Notes under the pieces: model-generated
Told to the model about the DNA's origin: nothing
The model's database searches: none
What the model saw: only the letters and a program-made list of their open reading frames with translations
Program-made: the position numbers and the translations under genes
Shown here: piece after piece, positions 19,026 to 25,143 of the stretch
Position numbering within the stretch: position 1 is the stretch's first letter
How the letters are laid out: each line of letters starts with the position of its first letter
DNA from: a virus
Taxonomy: Duplodnaviria > Heunggongvirae > Uroviricota > Caudoviricetes
IMG/VR virus record: IMGVR_UViG_3300024345_000775
Location: 1 to 25,143 of that record
Direction: 5' to 3' (one strand)
Length of the DNA: 25,143 nucleotides

Positions 19026-20528
19026 TTAAGCTAATCTTTCAATTTGGGAGATATAGTGTTTGATATATACATTCTTATTAGACAGTTTGTTCATCTCCTC
19101 TGCAAGTCTATCCATAAACTCATCAGAGAAGTTTTCAATTTCACCTTCCAAACCATCTAACTTATCACTTGCTACTTCATAAATATAATCAACTTGCATA
19201 TCTGCAAATCTCTTAAAATCTTCTAAAGTAGAAAATTGTCTAGAATATACATATCCTGATTGCATAGCCCAAGCTTCATAATCACTATTCAAGTTTGGAC
19301 CATCAATATCTCCAGTTAACAAATAATACATGGCTTTGTCAATCAATGCCTGTATTTCTTCTTCGATTTTCTTGTCTTTTTCTTCATGGTTCTTGGCATT
19401 CTCCTCTTTCATTTCTTGCCTGCAATGGGCCCAAGCAGAACCAGCATCTTCCCAATCAAAATTGAGTTCATCAGGTTCAGAGGGCCCAAGAGGTTCTGAA
19501 GTTACTTTAGGTTTATTTTTATTACCAAGAAGTGAACTAGCTGGTGTAATTACTTCATCAGTATCTTTATCTACCCAGCCTTTACCAGGAATGTAAACTT
19601 GACCTTTAGTTCTTGCAAAGTTTGTTGAAGCAGAAGCACCTGCATAACCACCACCTACACCAGTACCAAAAGAAGGTCTTTGTGCAGTTGGATAACTACC
19701 TGCATAAGGATAACCACTACCATAAACAGGAGTTGTTTTCTTCTTCTTTGCTTCTCTAATATCATCAAGTCTCTTCTTAGTTTCCTCAAATTTAACATCA
19801 GATACACCTCTGATGAGACTATTTACCATATCCTCAACAAAGTTATCTCTAATTTGTACTGCATTGTCAGCAGGTACTTTAGATTTGAGTACTTCCATTG
19901 TGGAAGAAAATGCTTCCTCAAGTTCTTTCTTCAGACTGACTTGAGCTTCATGCTTCTCTACTTCTAGCATGAAATATTCTACAACTGTGGATTGAGTTTT
20001 AACTGGTTCAATATCTCCCAGTTCAACTTCCTTATCATCAAAAGTTTTATATTTGAGTGTACCACTAATTGTCAAATCCTTAACAGCCTTTCTTGTAATT
20101 GCTGCTGTATATGTACCAGCATTATTTACAATAAGAGAAACAAAATGGTTTCTATCTTTACCCTCATCTAAGAGTGTGGAAGTATCTGTTCCACTAAAGA
20201 AAGTTGCCATATTGTTATGGCTATGAATGAGCCCATTATAAACATCAGGGCTAAGTAATTCAGGATGGTCACACATATAACTTACAGCATCAGGAGAGTT
20301 ATCAAACTCAGTGTAAGTTGATGTGCCAATATCCATCGGGAATATATCAACACAAGTGATAACTAAATCACTGTTTTCCATTGTTCCTGCTTTCTTGTAG
20401 AACAAGATTCCTGACCATTCTACTTCATGTACTTGCGCACAAAGGAATCTAATTTTCTCCTCTACATTTTCAGGAACTACTATCTTATATGTAGAGTCTT
20501 GCTTGACTAGAATTAACTTCTCTGCCAT
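19026..20528 (-). CDS. JAB/MPN+ (JAMM) metalloprotease-domain protein with long C-terminal extension, 500 aa
   Basis: E37 in VEWSGILFY, then H102-S-H104-x7-S112-x2-D115 (IHSHNNMATFFSGTD), an exact E-xn-HxH-x7-S-x2-D JAMM motif; followed by HFVSLIVNN. Confidence 0.9.
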   Translation of the reverse strand: MAEKLILVKQDSTYKIVVPENVEEKIRFLCAQVHEVEWSGILFYKKAGTMENSDLVITCVDIFPMDIGTSTYTEFDNSPDAVSYMCDHPELLSPDVYNGLIHSHNNMATFFSGTDTSTLLDEGKDRNHFVSLIVNNAGTYTAAITRKAVKDLTISGTLKYKTFDDKEVELGDIEPVKTQSTVVEYFMLEVEKHEAQVSLKKELEEAFSSTMEVLKSKVPADNAVQIRDNFVEDMVNSLIRGVSDVKFEETKKRLDDIREAKKKKTTPVYGSGYPYAGSYPTAQRPSFGTGVGGGYAGASASTNFARTKGQVYIPGKGWVDKDTDEVITPASSLLGNKNKPKVTSEPLGPSEPDELNFDWEDAGSAWAHCRQEMKEENAKNHEEKDKKIEEEIQALIDKAMYYLLTGDIDGPNLNSDYEAWAMQSGYVYSRQFSTLEDFKRFADMQVDYIYEVASDKLDGLEGEIENFSDEFMDRLAEEMNKLSNKNVYIKHYISQIERLA

Positions 20529-21858
20529 ATTCTATATTAAGTAAATCTATAATCAGTTGAAGGATAGGGCCAGCCCATCTAGGATGCATGATTCTAAATG
20601 CATGATTCTCTTCAACTAATGGAATGTTATCTTCAATTTGGAAAGTTAATGGTTCACCATGAAATATTCCAATTACATGACCAATTTTTGGTACATAACT
20701 TCTCCAAGCATCTCTACTTCCTTGTCTTCTATTTATTAAATGAATTGACTCATTGACCATAGCGGCTTCAACAAGAACAGTTTCTTTAATCATAGAAAGA
20801 CTATCATTAGAGATTCTACTTAAATTGTTAATATAAGTAATAAATGCTTGACTGATGTTAATTAGAAATTCATCATATGTGAATCCAGGTTTGATTTGAC
20901 CATCTAATCTTCTAAATGGTAAGTTGAAACTACTTGCATATTCTCTAATAAAAGGATGAAAATAAGTATTATAAACAGTGCTGTTCATACCTCTAAAATT
21001 CTCCTTGTTAAGAGGAATATTCATTTGTTTTACATTGTTATATCCTAACAGACTACCTTCATTAGTATTACCAGGAATTTGTGACATTCTTATGTATGGA
21101 CCTCCACTAAGAGACTCAACAGAAATATATCTTTCAAGCTCATTACAGAATAACATCCATACATCTAAATCACATACACTACTTAATCTGCTTTCAGTTC
21201 TAATAATAGGACCTGAACCAAGGCAACTTGTAGTCCAATCTCTATCAGGGTCACAAGTACTAGATGGACAATGAGAGTGCATATAACCTATTTGTAACTC
21301 ATTCTTAGTAAAAGTAGTTCTTTTTACAAGGAAGTTACCACAGAACTTTGCATCTTTGGTAAGTGGAATTTTGATATAGAAATTATTAGCTTCATGCTTT
21401 CTTCCATCTTCATTCTCAATAACAACATGTGGGAAGTGAACAATAATCACAAACATAGGATTATTGTTGAAAAATACATTAAGTTTCCTTGTAATATCAG
21501 TTTTGTCTAATGTAACAAGCTTTTCAAAATACTCATTTACTAACTTAGAACTATCCCAATTATTAAAAGTATAATAGTCATAATAACCTCTACTAAGATT
21601 AGGAATATAACTAATATGTCTAGGAGAACAATTTCTCCAAACATATTTTGCAAGTAGTTTTGCATGAGCTTCCTTTGTATTTTCTTTTACAAGTTCAAGC
21701 TCTTCAGCATCATTATATTTATGACTAAATTGCAAATCAACCCTTTGCTCTCCATAATAATCTTGAAATACTTTATATATTTTACCAATATTTTCAGTAT
21801 TCAAGGTATCAATATAAGGAGTTAAAATTTCCTTTTCTAATCGCTCTAAACCTGTCAT
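20485..21858 (-). CDS. Putative prokaryotic E2-like (ubiquitin-conjugating fold) protein, 457 aa
   Basis: GYMHSHCPSSTCDPDRDWTTSCLGSGPI: a His motif followed by a CLG cysteine (Cys212, 21223-21225), then a helix pattern (WMLFCNELERYI) like the post-catalytic helices of E2 folds. It lies between a Ubl gene and JAB/E1 genes. The fold assignment is inference. Confidence 0.5.
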   Translation of the reverse strand: MTGLERLEKEILTPYIDTLNTENIGKIYKVFQDYYGEQRVDLQFSHKYNDAEELELVKENTKEAHAKLLAKYVWRNCSPRHISYIPNLSRGYYDYYTFNNWDSSKLVNEYFEKLVTLDKTDITRKLNVFFNNNPMFVIIVHFPHVVIENEDGRKHEANNFYIKIPLTKDAKFCGNFLVKRTTFTKNELQIGYMHSHCPSSTCDPDRDWTTSCLGSGPIIRTESRLSSVCDLDVWMLFCNELERYISVESLSGGPYIRMSQIPGNTNEGSLLGYNNVKQMNIPLNKENFRGMNSTVYNTYFHPFIREYASSFNLPFRRLDGQIKPGFTYDEFLINISQAFITYINNLSRISNDSLSMIKETVLVEAAMVNESIHLINRRQGSRDAWRSYVPKIGHVIGIFHGEPLTFQIEDNIPLVEENHAFRIMHPRWAGPILQLIIDLLNIEYGREVNSSQARLYI

Positions 21859-21870
21859 ATTCTTAAGATT

Positions 21871-21913
21871 AGAAAATAAAAAGAAGGTTAGGGAGTTTTA
21901 CCTCCCTAACCTT
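21871..21913 (-). terminator. Intrinsic terminator downstream of the ubiquitin-like gene
   Basis: Perfect 12-bp stem AAGGTTAGGGAG (21884-21895) / CTCCCTAACCTT (21902-21913) with a 6-nt loop, followed on the minus strand by CTTTTTATTTTCT. Confidence 0.85.
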
Positions 21914-21923
21914 AAAAACAACA

Positions 21924-22523
21924 TTAGATGCTAGCTACAATAGCATCAATTTCAGACTTGGTATAAGAACCAATCTTCTCATCAACAGATGCTTGGCCAA
22001 TAGAACCAACAACATCATTGTACTGAGAAGTAGTCAGATAGCCGTTATGCTTCAGAGCATCAGCTAACTTCTTCAATGCTACAGCACTACTGCAAGCATT
22101 TTGTGCAGGAGCTGCGGTCTTAGCACTGAAGTGCTTTACAACTGCCTCAAGAACACTAGCACCTACATTGGTGTAGTTTCTACCATAGGTCTTTTGGATA
22201 TAATCCTTCATTGCCTGGCTTGCACCAACAGTTGCTCTAAGAGTTACATAGTCAGTACCAGACTTAATCTTCTTATTTGCTACAGTCAGCAAGAATACCA
22301 GTTCATTAGTGGTGCCTTCACCTCTAACAACATCTCTTGGTAGCAAGCTACTATCATTGAGGAGCTCAGTCTTAGTAAGACCCTCCATGAAGGTCATACC
22401 TTCATAATCAATATGAGCCTCTCTCATATCAGCCTTAAGTTGGCCAAGAGTCTCAGCTGCGGTCTCAAGAGTATATCTTCTGTTAGCTGCATTACTTACG
22501 ATAATCACATTTCTTACTTCCAT
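21924..22523 (-). CDS. Putative ubiquitin-like (beta-grasp) protein, residues 1-89 ending in KKIKSG, fused to a ~110 aa C-terminal extension; 199 aa
   Basis: The secondary-structure pattern fits a beta-grasp fold: strand (RNVIIVS), strand (RYTLET), helix (TLGQLKADMREA), strands (MTFMEG, TEL), LP turn, final strand (ELVFLLT) and a tail ending in Gly89 (22257-22259). It is adjacent to E2-, JAB- and E1-like genes. Confidence 0.6.
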   Translation of the reverse strand: MEVRNVIIVSNAANRRYTLETAAETLGQLKADMREAHIDYEGMTFMEGLTKTELLNDSSLLPRDVVRGEGTTNELVFLLTVANKKIKSGTDYVTLRATVGASQAMKDYIQKTYGRNYTNVGASVLEAVVKHFSAKTAAPAQNACSSAVALKKLADALKHNGYLTTSQYNDVVGSIGQASVDEKIGSYTKSEIDAIVASI

Positions 22524-22546
22524 AATTCTAAATGTTTAAAAAGTTT

Positions 22547-22831
22547 TTAATGAATTTGGCTTTGTATAAAGCCTTGTATAAATGTAGTAACATCATCATT
22601 ACCACATTCAATTTGTAGGTACTTCAATAGATACCATATGCACTTATGAATATCCTCTGATGAATTAAATTTATGGGTTCTTCTTAGAAGATATTTTAAT
22701 GCAGTATTAGCACAGTGCTCTTTTACACTTTCTGTGCCATTAAATGCCAGCATTACATCAATAGCCTGTAAGCCATTTTGATTGTAATGTTCAGGCTTCA
22801 CAACCATATCTTTAGTTTCATTCATCGACAT
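22547..22831 (-). CDS. DUF3310 / SaV-like small phage protein
   Basis: VVKPEHYNQNGLQAIDV...NTALKYLLRRTHK...EDIHKCIWYL matches the V.HP.HY...IE...GNA.KY..R...K...ED..KA.WYL pattern. Start is ATG 22831 or 22825. Confidence 0.8.
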   Translation of the reverse strand: MSMNETKDMVVKPEHYNQNGLQAIDVMLAFNGTESVKEHCANTALKYLLRRTHKFNSSEDIHKCIWYLLKYLQIECGNDDVTTFIQGFIQSQIH

Positions 22832-23411
22832 ATCCAAAAGCAACAAAGGTTCCTATCTTAGCATTTGATGATGGTTTATAGACACAATAAGCTTCTATTG
22901 GGTTTTCATCAGTTATCTTAACTCTAACAATAGAACAATTCTTTTTAGTCTCAGCAATATACTTCTTTGCAGCAGTCATTGCTTCAGACTTTGTATCATA
23001 TTCACCAATCACTTTGCCAACACTATTTATAGTGACAGCTTCCAATGTATTTCCATCATTGGATGTAACTACATCAAAATCATCAGTCCTTACTTGATGG
23101 ACAGTTTTCCATCTTCTATGGTCATTGTTGCGGACTTCATATACAGCATAAGGTCTAAGCCTTACATCTTTAGTATATTTATCTACCACAATATAACAAC
23201 CATATCCTACTTGACTTCTGGTTTTGAATGCTAACTGAGCCTCTGCCCAATCCAAAAAATCATCACTCCCAGGGACAGGCTTTCCAGCTCTGACCCAAGA
23301 CCTAGTAGAGTTAGCACCTTTAATAAGAGGGTCTAAGACTCTAAATGTAAGTCCTTCAAATGCATGTTCAGCAGAGTACCCTCTTCTTTGAGATACTTTA
23401 AGCTGTTTCAT
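22818..23411 (-). CDS. Hypothetical protein, 197 aa (resembles conserved crAss-like replication-module proteins)
   Basis: ATG to TGA, in operon. YDTKSEAMTAAKKY and YKPSSNAKIGTFVAFG resemble crAss-like conserved hypotheticals from memory; function unknown. Confidence 0.75.
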   Translation of the reverse strand: MKQLKVSQRRGYSAEHAFEGLTFRVLDPLIKGANSTRSWVRAGKPVPGSDDFLDWAEAQLAFKTRSQVGYGCYIVVDKYTKDVRLRPYAVYEVRNNDHRRWKTVHQVRTDDFDVVTSNDGNTLEAVTINSVGKVIGEYDTKSEAMTAAKKYIAETKKNCSIVRVKITDENPIEAYCVYKPSSNAKIGTFVAFGYVDE

Positions 23412-23417
23412 ACCAAC

Positions 23418-23759
23418 TTAGAAGGGAGCCCACTGTAAACACAGTTGTTGTATCTTTTTACAACACTCCTCTGTGTCTTTATAACCTGGATTAGGAACAT
23501 CGTCACAGCCATAAAGCAGGTCTTGACTTATGATTCCAATAGTAATAAGAAAAGCATCAAAGCCATTTGTTTCCACAAATTTCTTCTTATACACTACTTT
23601 CTCTAAGACATCAACTGCTGTAAAGTCTTTCTTAAATGATTTGTTAATCATAAAAGTAAGAAAACACACAGCTTTTAATATCTCAAGTTTATCTTCCAGT
23701 TTACCAGAAAGGAGTCTCCCTGTTGAAAAAAAGTTGTCATTTAATGTTTTTGCATCCAT
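23418..23759 (-). CDS. Hypothetical protein, 113 aa
   Basis: ATG to TAA; overlaps the primase end by 23 nt and ends 6 nt before the next ATG. Confidence 0.72.
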   Translation of the reverse strand: MDAKTLNDNFFSTGRLLSGKLEDKLEILKAVCFLTFMINKSFKKDFTAVDVLEKVVYKKKFVETNGFDAFLITIGIISQDLLYGCDDVPNPGYKDTEECCKKIQQLCLQWAPF

Positions 23760-24762
23760 TGCTATATCTATTAGTAAATTGGATTAGCATATCCTTCACG
23801 ACATCCTTTCCAAATTTTTTGTATAAGTCAGAGAAATCTTTTGCACCATACTTTCTAGGAATCCAAACATAAGTTAATTCAGGATGCATCTTCTTGATTT
23901 TTCTCATTCCCATAATGCCTGGTAAATCATTATCATAGAAGACAACTATATTCCTAAATCTACTTTTAAGTCTGTCTAGTTGTTGATTAGTTACAAAAGA
24001 TGTTTCACTGCCAGGTGCTATAGCAGGAATTCCAAATTCATGGAGTGCCATAACATCTTTCATAGATTTAGTAATAACTAAGAAATTGCCACTTTTTGGA
24101 AGGTGCTGACTTCCTTGTAGCATTGTGCCATTCCAGTTACTTATAAACCTATACATTTTTCTTTTAGGAAAATAAATTTTCCATATTTCACTACCTTCTT
24201 TTAGTCCACCAAAATAGCCAAATGCTGGGCTAGTTGGTGTACTACTAGTAAAGTAGTTACCATTTAGAAATACATTTTTACAAGAATATACTCTGTACTT
24301 TCTCAGAGTTTCTGGCGTTATTCCATAAGAAGCCCACCATGCTAATTCTTTTTCTGTAAAAGGTTGCATTTCTATCTGGATTTGTGCTGCTTCATGTGCA
24401 GTAATTGTTTCTTCACAGACACTAACTTTAATCTTAGGAAGACATTGCTCCTGTCCAGGATTAAGACCAAAGTCAGAAGCTATTTTATTCAAAGCTTGAC
24501 TATAGGAGAGGTTAAACAATTGTCTAACCACCCCTACAAAGTCAGCTTTAAAACCTATTCCAAAATCATGAAACAGTAAAGCTCCATCTCTACTTCTAAA
24601 GAAAGAAGCAGTAGGTCTTTTATCATGTCTAATTGGGCTTATAAATAAACCTTTTTTAACAGGAACTCCAAGATAAGTTTGCATGTAAGTTTCTTCTGTG
24701 TTGTGTTCCAGAAGGAACTCCCTAGTAACTTTTCTTACTGTTCTTGGAATAGTAAATGTCAT
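23737..24762 (-). CDS. dnaG: DnaG-type DNA primase (TOPRIM), crAss-like variant, 341 aa
   Basis: N-terminal zinc-finger-like region ISPIRHDKRPTASF...FHDFG...DFVGVVRQLFNLSYSQAL; TOPRIM VITKSMKDVMAL, IAPGSE and VVFYDNDLPG (DxD). Confidence 0.85.
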   Translation of the reverse strand: MTFTIPRTVRKVTREFLLEHNTEETYMQTYLGVPVKKGLFISPIRHDKRPTASFFRSRDGALLFHDFGIGFKADFVGVVRQLFNLSYSQALNKIASDFGLNPGQEQCLPKIKVSVCEETITAHEAAQIQIEMQPFTEKELAWWASYGITPETLRKYRVYSCKNVFLNGNYFTSSTPTSPAFGYFGGLKEGSEIWKIYFPKRKMYRFISNWNGTMLQGSQHLPKSGNFLVITKSMKDVMALHEFGIPAIAPGSETSFVTNQQLDRLKSRFRNIVVFYDNDLPGIMGMRKIKKMHPELTYVWIPRKYGAKDFSDLYKKFGKDVVKDMLIQFTNRYSNGCKNIK

Positions 24763-24769
24763 ACTTCAA

Positions 24770-25141
24770 TTATTGTTGAAGAAAACTCATATTGAAATTA
24801 GTCTCTGGTACCTCAGGTTCTGCTGGTTCAGTAGCAACACCTGCCAAAGGACTGTCAGCTGGCATACCTACTGGAGTAGGTTGTGCACTAGCTTCTCTTT
24901 CAATTCTTTCTTTCTCCTTCTTAGTCCATGTGATGTTCTTACCAATCACAGTAGAAGCAGGATACAGTTGATTCTCCTTATTGAAGTTTACAACTGTACC
25001 AGGAAGAATAGCTTCACCCTTAGAATTCTTAATCAACTTGATTTGACAAGTTTGACCAATGAAATCCTTGGTAGCAGCTACCATTGCAGCTCTAAGAGAA
25101 TCCCAAGAGCTTAAATCATTTACTTCACCTCTATCAATCTT
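24770..25141 (-). CDS. 5'-partial protein, possibly single-stranded DNA-binding protein
   Basis: The frame stays open from track ATG 25084 to the window edge (KIDRGEVNDLSSWDSLRAAMVAATK...). It has a Pro/Glu-rich disordered tail with terminal aromatic residues (PETNFNMSFLQQ) and sits directly upstream of the primase. The SSB call is context-based. Confidence 0.45.
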   Translation of the reverse strand, partial: KIDRGEVNDLSSWDSLRAAMVAATKDFIGQTCQIKLIKNSKGEAILPGTVVNFNKENQLYPASTVIGKNITWTKKEKERIEREASAQPTPVGMPADSPLAGVATEPAEPEVPETNFNMSFLQQ

Positions 25142-25143
25142 CT

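Larger units (their letters stand above)
1..25143. other. Segment of a crAss-like phage (Crassvirales) genome: virion RNA polymerase module convergent with replication/nucleotide-metabolism module
   Basis: Giant plus-strand genes carry an RIPTQ...GSDxDIDK RNAP signature, a zincin and a PD-(D/E)XK domain. They face a dense minus-strand block of primase, ThiF, JAB, nucleases, NrdD/G, dUTPase and ligase homologs. There are no host housekeeping genes, and amber recoding is confined to the virion module. This combination matches my recollection of Crassvirales genome organisation. Confidence 0.9.

Noticed and set aside
9533-25114. Short plus-strand ORFs within the minus-strand module (e.g. 9533-9736, 11368-11709, 14509-14820, 17822-18112, 19330-19596, 20978-21274, 24698-25114)
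   Set aside because: Fully antisense to well-supported genes, with Ser/Leu/Ile/Phe-rich shadow composition and no independent evidence.
1-25143. Suppressor tRNA, other RNA genes, introns, inteins or mobile elements
   Set aside because: No intergenic space large enough for a tRNA except 10788-10863, which shows no cloverleaf. No homing-endonuclease or intein motifs or unexplained insertions were seen in nrdD, primase or RNAP within this window.

Overview
A ~25 kb AT-rich segment of a crAss-like (Crassvirales) phage genome, probably infecting an anaerobic Bacteroidota host. It has two convergent modules that meet at a bidirectional hairpin terminator (~9337-9399). (1) Plus strand, 1-9311: three large virion-RNA-polymerase-module genes. 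The ORF track fragments them because they carry seven in-frame TAG codons and no internal TAA, TGA or frameshift. Read with TAG as sense (probably Gln, code 15) they are a 5'-partial RNA polymerase with the catalytic D-x-D-x-D loop (3-3740), a 288-aa HExxH zincin-like protein (3742-4608) and a 1568-aa protein with a PD-(D/E)XK nuclease domain (4605-9311). (2) Minus strand, 9395-25143: a tightly packed replication and nucleotide-metabolism block with no internal TAG. It contains a probable SSB-like protein (partial), a DnaG-type primase, a DUF3310-like protein, two PD-(D/E)XK nucleases, NrdD/NrdG, a metallophosphoesterase, dUTPase and an apparently degenerate ATP-dependent DNA ligase homolog. 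The most interesting element is a four-gene cassette (17591-22523) that looks like a complete phage-encoded ubiquitin-like conjugation pathway. It has a ubiquitin-like domain ending in KKIKSG fused to a C-terminal extension, an E2-like protein (HSH...CLG), a JAB/JAMM protease with a perfect zinc motif and a ThiF/E1 enzyme with a candidate catalytic Cys. All family calls come from motif recognition by eye; no database search was run.
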